Assembly (NCBI GenBank): GCA_020137815.1
Contig: CM035351.1
Coordinates: 3,100,001 to 3,164,000, forward strand
DNA length: 64,000 bases
Direction of reading: 5' to 3'
Origin: Hormiphora californensis
Taxonomy: Eukaryota; Animalia; Ctenophora
The first letter of the stretch is position 1, and the number at the start of each line of letters is the position of its first letter. The notes below the pieces were generated by a model. The model was given only the letters and a program-made list of their open reading frames with translations. It ran no database searches and was not told the origin of the DNA. The position numbers and the translations under genes are program-made. Shown here in pieces: positions 24,122-51,632 of the stretch.

Positions 24122-26973
24122 TCAGGTTGTTGAAGAGGGTTCAGTTTTGATTGGTTGAATATTGAGGAACTGGTTCACATCCATTTCACCCTCAGATTGG
24201 GGTGATTCTGACCGAGGTAGATCGAAACACGTGGAGGTGGATGCAAACCAGGGATGTTGCTGCTGCTCCGGGACGTATTCGTGGTGCTGCTGTGGGACAG
24301 GGTGGTGATGTTGAGGGGGAGGATGTTGCTGGTGATGGAATTGTTGTTGTTGCCTGGCAACCGGTGGTGAGGGGAGTTTGTCCGGTTGTTGCAGATACTG
24401 CTTGTAAAGCAGCTGCTGTTGCGGAGGTTGCTGTTGCTGTTCCTGGACGTGTTGCTGTTGCTGAGGAGGAGGGTAGACCCCAGTCCCACCACCACCCCCT
24501 TGTTGCCTATACATGTGTAGCATGTTTTGGTAGAGATGTTGTTGGTGATGTAACTGCATGTAGTTGTTATGTTGCTGCTGCCGCGTGGTACCACCACCAC
24601 CGCTATACGATCCCTCACTACCTCCCCCGCCCCCTCCTGTTGATGATGCTGCTCTACCCTTGGCCTTCTTGCTCCGTTTGGGTTCTTGTGCTTGGTAGGG
24701 TGGGTGTATCTGGATATTAACCGAATTGTCCGCGTCGCTCTTTTTCACGGGTCTCTTACTAGCAGCCTTCTTGGGCTGCTGCGGAGGGGGTTGTTGTGGT
24801 GTGGGGTGTTGCTGCTGCTGCTGTGGTGGGGCTTGTTGTTGTTGTTGGAGTTGTTGTTGGGTCTGGTAGTATGTCGTGTGTTGTTGGGGAGGGGGCTGGT
24901 AGGTCCGGGGTCCATCTCTCCTAGTGAGGGGAGACATGCCTGTCGGGGCATAGTAGCCCCCAGGTGGGAACATGGCCCCATATTGATCCATCATGAGAGG
25001 AGGAGGGACGGGCATCTGTTGTTGCTCCATCCCAGGGTGGGGCCTTATATCAGCCTCCTTACCCTTCTTCCCCTTCGCCCCACCAGGCGGGGGTTTGGGT
25101 TTCAGGTTGGGCCTCTGTTGCTGGGTTGGCTGTTGGATCATATTGGGAGTCATGGCCTGCATGGGCACCATATGGGCAGGATGAGGGGGTGGAGCGTAGT
25201 ATTGGTTGAACGGGATCTGGTAGTACTGCTGGGGGTAGGTATTGTAATTAGTCTGCTGTACAACAATCTGCTGGGGCGGCATCTGTGGAGTGGAGGGTTG
25301 TTGTGGAGGGGGAGCAGGTGGATATCCGCCGCTCATCAGGGTGGGTGGGGGCGTCTGTTGCACCTTTTGTTCCCCAGGGCTGAACTGGTGGTCCTGGGTG
25401 GTGCTGGTGGTGTAGGAGACTGGGGTTGTAGCGGAGGTATAGCAGGGGACATTACCACCGCCTGTTGCTGAGGAGGGAGGGGTGGAGGCGGAGGGTTGGG
25501 AGACAAGATACACCTTGTTGTTCATCTGGAGTTGGACACCACCAGGTTTGGAGAGTAGGATAGGGTTAGTACCACCATTAGGAGCTGGTGTAGCAGCCCC
25601 GGGGGAGGCGTTAATAAACTGTTGACCAGGTAGCATGGCCGCCTGTTTCCCTGCTACTGGACCTCCTGCCCCTCCCTGCTGCATGTTCTGAGGTGGGACC
25701 TGGATCAGCAACTGATAACCATTACAGGATTGCAATGCCTGGGCAGGTATAGCCTGATACAACACCTGCTGTACTTGGTTACTATTACCCCCGCTCTTCT
25801 TCGCCGGTTTCTTCCTCTTTGGTTTCTGTTCCTGGTGGGATTTGTTCTCCTCCTTGGTCTCCTCAGGCTCCTTTGGAGGGGGAGCAGGGGTGGTGGTTCT
25901 AGAGAAGGGATAGTAGCCATCAATCTCAATCTGTCTCCGGAGTGACTCATTTTGTTCAATCATCCTCTGGACACTAACAGTCGGTGGCTCTATCACCTTC
26001 TCGTCAATGGCCCGTAGAGCATCAGTGATTGAGGAAGGCCTCTCCTTGATTTCCCGGGATATTGGAATCTTGTAGACACACTTTCCGTCCTCCCCAGTGG
26101 CAAGAATGGCCTGGGTTGGCCGGACACTGGACACAACCCTGGACGCCCCACCACCACCCTGGTTGGACCTGCCCCCGTGTGGGGATATTGGTGTGTGTAA
26201 CCGGGGCAGTGGCAACTTTAGATGTTGCTGCTGGTGGTGGTGGTGGTGTGGGGGCTGGGGTTGTTGCGAGGTCTGCTGCGAGGTAACTGGACTGGTCGGG
26301 GGTGGCGGGGCCGGTAGGATGGATCTGGGTAACCGGGCCCTGGGTGGGGCTGGGTTGTAATGTCGCGGGGGAGGGGGAGCAACTTGGACAGAGTGGTGTT
26401 GGATTGGTAGCTGGTGGTGATAGGGAGGTTGTTGTTGAGGAGCTGCAGGGGGATGGGAAACTGTTTCCGAGACAGCAGGAGGAGGAATGATGTTCTGGAA
26501 ATGTAGTTCGAGGGGTAGAGTCCTCCGGAGAGAGGGGTTTTATCATCGGCGACCAGTTTGCCGTGTTGTACTGGGAGGGAGGAAGATGTTAGAATACACA
26601 GATAAACACACGAGCAAGCACATATAGATAAACTCGCACATAAGCCCACAGATTAACACACACATACAATATGTTAACAGACAAACTAACAGACAATGTT
26701 ACCCACCTTTTCAGCGAATTCCTCCAATGGAGTAACACCACTTCCAGCAGTAACTACGGGTGGAACTGGCACAGGATTAGGATTGGGAGCAGGCTTATTG
26801 TTATTCAAACTGGCATTACTCCAAGTATTTGGCACTGGCCCCACCACCGATGAGTTTCCCAGTAGAGGGGGCATGTTTGAGACAGGTTGTTGGTTTGTTG
26901 TTATTCCGGGGGAGTTGTTGTTGTTGTTATTGTTGGTTGTTATTGTAGCGCTGCTGGGTGCCACTTTACACAT
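24122..26973 (-). CDS. About 880-aa Q/P/N/G-rich low-complexity protein (exons 26973-26707 and 26494-24122); probably a separate orphan gene, possibly an alternative RAD54L2 3' extension
   Basis: 2.37-kb open terminal exon; phase-0 GT-AG junction EFAEK|NIIPPP; acceptor at 27028-27029; basic NLS-like patches and C-terminal IKTE SUMO consensus; no folded domain recognised. Confidence 0.7.
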
Positions 26974-27150
26974 GGGCGTCACTCGATTCACGGGCCTGGA
27001 GGAGGGGGGACATCGTGCTAGCGGAACCTATGTACAGAGATGGGGGTGACACAGAGAGGAACACACAGAGAAAAAGATAGAGAGAGAGAGAGAAAGAGAG
27101 AGAAAGAGAGAGAAAGAGAGAGAAAGAGAGAGATAGAGAGAGAGAGAGAA

Positions 27151-27205
<55 letters not shown>

Positions 27206-27416
27206 TAGAAAGAGAGAAAGAGACAGAGAGGGGTAAATGAGTATTTTGGGGTCCGCGGGGGCCGGGGTTGGAGTACTTTTGGACAGCTGACCTACTCTGG
27301 AAAGAGAGGTGTGCAAAGAGAAAAAACAAAGTAATTAATTTTAGGTTTGGTGAATACAATTTATAACAACGAAAACAATTTAAGGTAATCAATCGATCAG
27401 CTGCACAGCGCTGCAC

Positions 27417-43387
<15,971 letters not shown>

Positions 43388-43701
43388 CCTACTGCTGTTA
43401 TACAAGGGGAGCGGTTAGTTGATTAAGCTAATAGAGTTAATAGAGGCGAGGAGGAATATCATAATGATGCACATGGTATAACGGTGGCGGTGGTGTTTAA
43501 TTAGTGGGTTAAACACTTTTAGAGTTGGTCTTGAGAGAGGTATTGCATTGAGAGTAGTGGATATTAAAACTAGCAATCTGAGAAAGGAAAACGGTAATAG
43601 CAAAACTGATAATAATTTACATACATATTCCAAACTCATCTCTACTCAATCCAAGTCCCTCTCACATCAAGCGAGTTAGTATTCACTAGCATTGTGCCAG
43701 A

Positions 43702-44106
43702 TCAAGCGAATCTGTAGAGCAGCTTGTGCATACAAATCTCCCAAATATCCCGGACAGTTTCCACGGTCTCCCTTTCATCGTCAGAGATCCAGGTATCCAT
43801 ACTCCGCTCCACGTGATAACACAACTCGACGATATCCAAACTATCCAAACCAAGATCATCAACTAGACTGGCATCCAGATGCACCTTGGAGCCATCTATC
43901 TTATCGTATTGGTTCATAACGAAGAATATCCGTTCCTGGATCTGGTCAGCCGTCCACGAGGCACCAGTTCGACGGTGGGCATCCAGGGGGGAGGATTTGG
44001 TCAGGACGGGCATCTTACGGAGGGCAGCGGTACAGAGAGGTCGGGATATCTGGCATGCCAGGGCAGGCCCACTTCTCCGGAGGAAGTGCCTGAATAACTG
44101 AGACAT
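43702..44106 (-). CDS. NDUFAB1: Mitochondrial acyl carrier protein (NDUFAB1-like), intronless
   Basis: Arg-rich N-terminal targeting-like peptide; IQERIFFVMNQYDKID...DDLGLDSLDIVE phosphopantetheine site. Confidence 0.8.
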   Translation of the reverse strand: MSQLFRHFLRRSGPALACQISRPLCTAALRKMPVLTKSSPLDAHRRTGASWTADQIQERIFFVMNQYDKIDGSKVHLDASLVDDLGLDSLDIVELCYHVERSMDTWISDDERETVETVRDIWEICMHKLLYRFA

Positions 44107-44271
44107 CGCTATTGGAGATAGATTGGAGTGTTATTGATAGTCCAAGGGTGGCCGGTGGAGGTGTTATATCAGGGGTCTAATCTATCTGTGTTAGTGGTAG
44201 GAGAATAAAACATCGTATTTGAAAGGATGTTAAAAAGTCAGTTGAGCAAATAAATTAATTTAAAAGTTGGA

Positions 44272-44960
44272 TCATCGGGTTTCAATGGTTCTCAGTTGCT
44301 TCTTCTTTATCTTCTTCAACTTCTTAGTGTTTGTAATCTAAGGCAGGGGTAAGACAGGTTTAACGTTTAAATTTAACAACTGTTTTATACAAGTACTTGT
44401 GTTCGCTAAAGAAATCTATCAGATTCAATTATGTTTAGAAGATTCAAATCTCACTAATAACTAAATCTTATCTCACCGTCTGCACAATTTCACATTTCCT
44501 CTCGTTTTCCTCTCTTCGCTTCTTATTTGACTCTTCTTGTTTCCTTCGTGCCTAAAAGTACAAACAAGTTGAGATCATTCAACATCACAATTGAATTGTT
44601 TTGAAGTTTTTCAGCCCCAACCCAATTAAAAGATCAACAACTACTCACCTCTAATTTTTCAGAACGCTCAGACAGTATCTGACTAGGCGAGCTCCTTGCA
44701 GTTCTGCTTCTGTTGTTTCAGCTGCATCTTCTTTTCAAAGGACGACTTCACTGCTTTAACGGCAATAACCCCTGACGTCCTGTAACGACGTTAAATCTGT
44801 TAGCAATTGCAGGTTATCAGTTGTCAATTGTCAGTTTTCACTTATCAGGTATATATGAGTTCAAGTCAAAAAGATTGTTTTGTGTGAAATGTTCTTACTT
44901 GCATTCCTTTTTCTGCTTCCACGCCCTCCCTGAGACGGGTTTACTACTGTGCTTCACCAT
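44272..44960 (-). CDS. CCDC86: Coiled-coil domain-containing protein 86 / Cgr1-family nucleolar protein, 4 exons
   Basis: Manually spliced: MVKHSSKPVSGRAWKQKK...KSSFEKKMQLK...RREENERKCEIVQTITNTKKLKKIKKKQLRTIETR*; one 1-nt insertion in exon 2; not in the ORF track. Confidence 0.87.
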
Positions 44961-45078
44961 TATCCTATTGAGAAAGGATTTCTTTTAATAATTGCATAAA
45001 CAAGTAATTGTTCTTAGTAAAAAAAGGATAAAGTATATATGTGTAAGAAAATTACATTTATCTCATCTGTGATCTGTC

Positions 45079-45188
45079 ATCTGAATAAAAAGTATCTGAA
45101 TAAAAAGCATCTGAATAAAAACTATCTGAATAAAAAATATCTGAATCAAAAATATCTGAATTAAAACTATCTGAATGAAAAAATATCT
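45079..45188. repeat. 15-bp tandem repeat (atctgaataaaaa..) x7 upstream of CCDC86
   Basis: Direct observation. Confidence 0.85.
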
Positions 45189-46799
45189 ATCGTCATTTTA
45201 TGAAATAAAATGTGGTGTGAGCCACTCAACAAGCTCGTACAATATAATTGTATCTCGTTAGAGAATCCCTATTAGGGATACTTGTTAAAAAATAGGAATA
45301 CTCAACCACCTAACTTAGCAATAGTTTTGTGCTAAGTGAGATGGTATTGCTGCAATTCACAGTATTTTATCTCTGAACAGCATATCGCCAACTGGCTGGA
45401 GAATGGAGATTGATAAATGATAATTGGCTTTATTAAAAACTTGCACATGAAATATCAAAGTCTTTTTACTTGTACCATCAGGATTAGTAGTTTTAACCAA
45501 CGTATACACATTCGCATCTTATATCAAAACTGTTTTCTCTCGAAGCTCAACACATTTGAGTACTACTTAACTACCTTTCCCGACAAACCACCTGTTCGTG
45601 GCTACCGGGTGAAACCCCCCATAAGCGGGGGCCCAGGGGCGCAGCCGAGGGGGCGGAGCCCCCCGGAAAATTTTCAAGTTTTTTGGCTGTTTTTATCAAT
45701 CTGAGACCAGTTTTATTGCATAAAATTCAGGTCGAGTGAGTGGTGGAGTGGACGATAGTTTTGACTAATTGAAAGCATTTGGCGAGTTTAGACAATTTTT
45801 AATTCAAGCTAATTTTCAAACTGACATCAAACATAATAGGAAATTAAAGCCAGCACAATTAGAATACAAAGGTCAAACAATGTGGGAGTAGGGAATGGGC
45901 ACTTATACATATAATCTACTGTTTTGTTATTTGATACAGGAGTGAGATCTAGGTGATGACATGTTGAATTGAAGAGCCCCCCTTTCTCTCAAATATTCGG
46001 TTGTCCTGGACAAGTGGGGGTCGGGAAATGCCATATATTTCCCCTTTCTCTCCCTTTTTCTCTCTCTCGAGCGCTACTCTAGGGGTCCCCATATATTACC
46101 TGATACTCCGGTTGTCCAGAGAGGTTGTGGACAACCCAGCTAATATCCCTTGTAATATGGGGAGAAAATCGCGAAAAAATCGGAAAAAATCAGAAAAAAA
46201 TACTCCAAAATTATTGTTGGCCATTGATATTTTATTGATGAAATTTGTAAACTTTGCTCACTTGTCCATGGACAAGTGGACAACCGCACACTACGCCCCT
46301 TCCGTATGCTGTGTTGATGTTGAACCCAAAACAGAATGTTTGACAAACAGTCAGAATTACAAAGGGTAGCACTTGATAAAACTGTCCATTTGAAGCAAAC
46401 TCGTAGATCAACATAGCCACAAAAACGACGTTTTGAAAAAGCTGTGCCCGAAGCCGTGCCGCTTGTATCGGGAGTAAGGAGACGTTGGTCTAAGCTGTAG
46501 CGCCTGCCAAGTTACAATCGCAGCTCCACAACTGTTCATTGATAAGTAACGACAATTTAAAATTGTTAAGTCTCACAGATTCGCCGTTAATTTCAGGCGA
46601 TTTAACGACCAAAAAATTTGCAGACGATCACTCTAAATTAGTGAAAAATTGATCCAAACTCCTTTAAACTCGCCAAAATAGCCATAAGTCATTCACGTTC
46701 AGCCTTAACAATCTGAAAAACTGGAGGAGCCAGCTAGTTTCTTTTGGAGGTTTAACTTTAGTTCGGGAAAAAAAGCGAACGTAAAAAACGTAAAAAACG

Positions 46800-48186
46800 T
46801 AAAAACTTTCTAAAAGGGGGTTAAAATGGTATTAGATAACAATATCAATATGAAAATACCGGTCTCCCATGGGGGAGAAGATTAATAAATTACTGCATTG
46901 ATTAAAATTGATTAAATTTGGTAGAATTAAAAGTATTATATAATAAGTTAATGTCATTGAGTTCGCTCTTATACTGCCTCGTTTTAGTGAACTTATTGCC
47001 TCTATGCCCTCTCAAGCTAATGACAGTTGTTCGGAGCAGGGTGAAAGACAACCGCTGCCTAATGTAACGGATGGTGTCAGAGTAAGCCTGGTGCGTTGTC
47101 AGCAAGCAGCTTGGCAAGGCGCCTGTAGAATTTTTCTGCCTCGTTGCCCAGGGCACCAGTTACTGAAAACACGAGTGGGCAAAAACAACTCTGTTCAACC
47201 TCAAGGACACGTTCGTTATAGCAGCGTTTTTTCTCGTCCTCGTGTCGTTTCAGAGCTGTATCAAGAGGAATGGCACAGTTTGTAGGAGCCAATGGATTGA
47301 AGATGCGCACATCTGTGTAAATTTTGTCCATGGGAAGCCAAAAATCCCTGGCAGCAACATCAAGGCGAGCATCATTTGCAGTGTTAGCTGATTTTAGCCG
47401 GAAGGTTTCGCCAGTGATTGGGAGAAGATGGGGTTCTCTTGAAACATCACGGCATCCCGCCTCTTTCAGCAGGTTTGCAGTAAGGTCCCGGATCTCATTA
47501 TGCCGCAGCTGCACGTAACCACCAAGATGACAAGAGAGGCTGTGTTCAGTGGTGTTAGGTTTTCCACACGGACAATTTGGTGGTCTACCCTCAAGTTCCA
47601 AGCAGTAGCGGAGGGACATGGAGTCCCAGAACTCCTGTTTGTTCAGATTGAACCTATGTTCCTGGAGTGGGAGAGATGTTACCCATATGGAAGACCCTCG
47701 CCGTGTTCTCTCTTGGTGGAAACGCTGTTCGGTGGGTGGCAGTGCCTCTCTCACAAGCTCTTCAGCCTTGGTCTGGCTCAGCCGTTTGGTGGTCAACATC
47801 TCGGATTTCGCAGACACCAGCTCCTGCTTCAGCAAATGCAAACTCTCTGGATCAAATTGTGTTTTCTGTCCGTTAATGATTTTGGAGAGTGGTGCAGTAG
47901 CTGTAGCAGAACTGGTGTATTCGAAATCCGCGATCTCGACGGGATTAAAGATTCCAAGGCCCCCGTGGCGGGCAGGGAGTGACAGGAGCTTCCGATTGTT
48001 CGGTGTCAGTTGGTTGCTGATTGTTTTTGGGATGAAAGTGGATGATATGATGTCTTCCAGTGGCTGGAAGAGACCAGAGATGTCCTTGGTAGTTCTCATA
48101 ATAAACAACCACCGTTTGGAGAGTCCCATGATGTAAGCAGAGAATGATGGATGGGGCTCAGATGTTGAAAAATCCGATAAGTCTGT
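46800..48186 (-). mobile_element. 5'-truncated CRE-clade non-LTR retrotransposon (RT thumb, zinc knuckle, restriction-like endonuclease)
   Basis: LSLPARHGGLGI; CPCG...H...C; LRHNEIRD; ARLDV...YTDVRIFNP; HEDEKKRCY; FCPLVFSVTGALG; tail IRQRLSFTLLR...LRG after a frameshift. Confidence 0.88.
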
Positions 48187-49124
48187 AAACGTAAAAATAA
48201 TCGTAAACGTAAAAATAATCGCGAAATCCCAAAAAATGCTGTGCGCTGGGTGTTTTTCTAACGCGCAAATCGCAAAGGTGCGCCGCGCACCCCTCTTTTT
48301 TCAAAATAAAACTCTTATTCTTGCAACTCACGGGCGCGATTATAAAGTGCGTTGGCATGCGCTGCAGACCCCAAGTGCGCGCGTTTTCCACGGCTTCTAG
48401 GGCCTGTAGCATCCATATAATAAATTCCAAAATGTTAGTCCGATAATTGTTTTCTCCCTACTCCTCCTACAGTTTTTGAGCTAGACCCCTGAAAATTTGT
48501 ACACTGGTACTTTGGACCAAGGCGGGTGTAAGTACGGGCTCAGATTTTTGATCCGATCTTTACAACAGTGACGTCACGGGGTGACGTCATTGCGACAAAA
48601 AGACTTACATTTTTCAAACGCTTCTAAGACCCTGAAAACGGCTCTAAATCAAAAAACTAACGCAATAGTGGGGAAAGAGAATCGTTTGAACTTCATTTTA
48701 CATGATAGCGATTTCCCGTAACTCAATGTTTAAGGGTCGTAAATCGCGTCGGGAAAGTTAAAAATGCCAAAAATACGATATTTTTCACCGTAGCCACCCA
48801 AAATCTTATCCAATCGATATCAAACTTGGTCGTTATGTGAATTTTAATGTCCTTTGGCCAGGGGTTCCCGGAAAACGGATTGGCAAGATGAGAACTGACC
48901 GGAGTTCTTATAATTCTAAATTCACGAATTTGGAATTTTTCGTCGACTTTTTTTTGGCGAGGAAATTTTCAATACAATGAATTTTAAAATTTTACACTGC
49001 GCGCGTAATTCTAGGTTCCGCGCGCGGCGTAAAAAAGCAGCGCTTTTTTGGGAAAATTCGCGTGTTACAGTAAATGATTTACCCGCCTCGCCAAAATTGT
49101 AACGCGCTCCTACTATGAGACTCA

Positions 49125-49510
49125 TAAGGAACCATAATAAAGTTCAAGAGCGCACCCCATCCAAGAGCGTACCACCTCCAAAAGACACCACTCCCAGAGC
49201 GCACCACATCAAAGAGAGCTCCCCATCCAGAAGATACCGCGCGCAGGGGACACCACGCGCAGAAGAGACCGCACGCGCAAATACAACGCCGCGCTGGTCT
49301 CTTCTGCGCGTGGTGTCCCCTGCGCGTGGTATCTTCTGGATGGGGAGCTCTCTTTGATGTGGTGCGCTCTCGAAGTGGTGTCTTCTGGAGGTGGTGCGCT
49401 CTTGGATGTGGTCTCTTTTGGGTGTGGTGCGCTCTCAGGTGTGGTCTCTCTTCGATCGGGTGCGCTCTTGGGTGCTCTTGGAGGCTCTTGAACTTTATTA
49501 TGGTTCCTTA
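49125..49510. mobile_element. Foldback-type MITE with internal repeats, TA-flanked
   Basis: TIR AGGAACCATAATAAAGTTCAAGAGC; arms pair up to a loop at about 49271-49295. Confidence 0.85.
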
Positions 49511-49637
49511 TTGCTCTAAGGAACAAACAAATTAATTTATCTTTTAAAAATCAAACACAAATGTCACCGGTTATATGAGGATAAATTACCATTTACCAGG
49601 TCACGGGTTCCCAGCAAACGGGTACTCTAGTAGGCCA

Positions 49638-50008
49638 ATAAAGTGCGTTTCAAACGACTTGACCTGAGATTCCTGGAAATTCAGGATTTCCCCTTTGTAA
49701 ATACACGCGCAATGCGCCGAATTCCAAGAATTACGGGTCAAGTCGCTTGAAACGGACTTTAATCTGGGTGCCTTGCAGCCTGTTTACAGGTGCGCGCTAC
49801 CAAAAGAGTACACTTAGACCGACTTTTTACAAACGGCTATAGCCACGCAACCACATGGCCAATTTGAGTAAACTAAACGGTATCTGATAGAGAATCGATA
49901 ACCCTAACCGATAACCCCAAACCAAACCCTAACCAGACCCTAACGGATAGCCCTAACCCGTCGCGCGCGCTAAAACTACGAATTGTTAGCAATGAAAGGC
50001 ACCCAGAT
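49638..50008. mobile_element. Two adjacent small inverted-repeat elements (49638-49763 and 49761-50008, the latter with degenerate CCCTAAC repeats)
   Basis: IRs AAAGT.CGTTTCAA.CGACTTGACC and AATCTGGGTGCCTT / AAGGCACCCAGATT. Confidence 0.7.
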
Positions 50009-50402
50009 TTTAACGTTTTCCGCAACTCACCTCGCTCTTTTTTGTTTGAAAAGCGCTGCCTTATCCCGTGCTATCGGGGGCCAGCAACGTTTGCCAACTT
50101 TTTTGTAAATTTTTCTCGACACGTTCAAAAACGACCCAATAAAAGTTCAAAGGCCTCCACATGCATACGCTGCAGCCCCCAGTACATGCATTTTAACCAC
50201 CACTTGATACAGGGGACTACAGCGTAGACCAAAGGCTTCCAGGAGACTCACATGAGCCTCCAGGTTACACACATGAAAGAGGACAACAATTCATAGCAGG
50301 ATACTCATTACTCACCGGTATCAGGCGTGAAACTGGGAAGTCTATTTTACTGGGAGTCTCATATGTTGTATTCAATAATATAAATGTGGAAAATTCATAA
50401 CG

Positions 50403-51200
50403 GTGCAGCATCTAACAGCTGAAATACCCAGTTTTATCATCATCAACGGCTCGGCGTCGGTTTGTAACTTGTGTTTTACTACTTTTTTCGGCTGTGTCCA
50501 GATCCAGGATTCTAACAGAGATTCAATCAGAGCTATTAACTTGGGAAGTTTAGAGCCGGACACTTTCCTGTACTCAAAAGAGGAAATGAGACAGTACACA
50601 TGTAGTTTATGGGACCGGTCACTCAAATCATCGATTAACCATTTGACTCGAGATGACCCTTTCAGCATACTTCCTATTCGCTCTCAAGAAGAACTCGCCA
50701 GCCTTATCAACTCAGAGGCCATTTTGGATTTCCCCATAGTTCCAAGAAACATGTCCCGACAGAACTCATCTCAGGTCTTAGACTTTGTACACGGCAGATC
50801 CTTACGTTTTCAAGACTTCAGCTTCAGTTACCTGAGATACGAGCGATCACTTACAGTTCCCAATTGTCTTGAATGTGGCCAACTCCCAGATTCAACATTC
50901 CACAAGTTGTTTGAATGTTCTGCGATAAAAGATGTGGAAGGGCTCCGTGAGGAACTAATGGTGATATCTTCCTATGAAATGAACTTCCATCTTCCACTAA
51001 TTTTCTCCAAAGACAAACAGGTAAAATCGAACTTTAGAAAGCTAGTTAGAGCTGTGATAGAACAATCCTTATTTGGAGATGAACTGCTTGTGTAATGGGT
51101 TTAAATTCTAATCAATTGTAAATGTATAACTGACCAACACGAGACGTACAGACTATGTACGAATCGCACTCCATGGAGTGAATTTTTAACTAACTTATTT
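50403..51200 (+). mobile_element. 3' remnant of a LINE ORF2 (C-terminal CCHC knuckle) with 3' UTR
   Basis: CLECGQLPDSTFHKLFEC motif near the ORF end; 3' hairpin CACTCCATGGAGTG followed by a short (TAAC) tail. Confidence 0.65.
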
Positions 51201-51314
51201 AATCAATTTACAATATATTTTAATCACAATCATTATCTAATCAGTATTTTAATCGACATTTTATATTTTGTTTGTATGATCTGTCAGCTGAGAGAGTGTG
51301 AAAGAGACCTAAAG

Positions 51315-51529
51315 TCGGATTTTTTGAAACTGTCACCCCCTAGAGTTTTCAAATTTCTTTAAATGACCATAAGTCCGGTTCCTGATGAGATAGAGACTTG
51401 AAATTTGGAAGTTACGAAGATCTTGCTAAGTTCTTCCAAACCTCCAAATTTCAAGTCTCTATCTTATCAGGAACCGGAGATATGACAAATTTTGTTATTT
51501 CAGGGGGGTGACAGTTTCAAAAAATCCGA
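51315..51529. mobile_element. Palindromic MITE
   Basis: TCGGATTTTTTGAAACTGTCACCCCC terminal IR plus an internal IR. Confidence 0.8.
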
Positions 51530-51632
51530 GTATAGAGAGTTCCATTTTCCTCGCAAATAGGAGGACAATATTGACAGTGTCAAGTTATTGTAAACAGATT
51601 TAATAATAATAATAATAATCGGCTTTGTCGCG

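Noticed and set aside
24175-26546. Overlapping alternative-frame and antisense ORFs over the Q/P-rich exon
   Set aside because: Expected shadow ORFs of GC-rich low-complexity coding sequence
46902-48129. Fanzor/TnpB or a U2-targeting Utopia element
   Set aside because: Motifs are those of a CRE-type RLE retroelement; no RuvC triad; the U2 gene at 57744 is intact and about 10 kb away
49895-49960. Interstitial telomere
   Set aside because: Degenerate CCCTAAC units lie inside a small TIR element and are not a (TTAGGG)n tract
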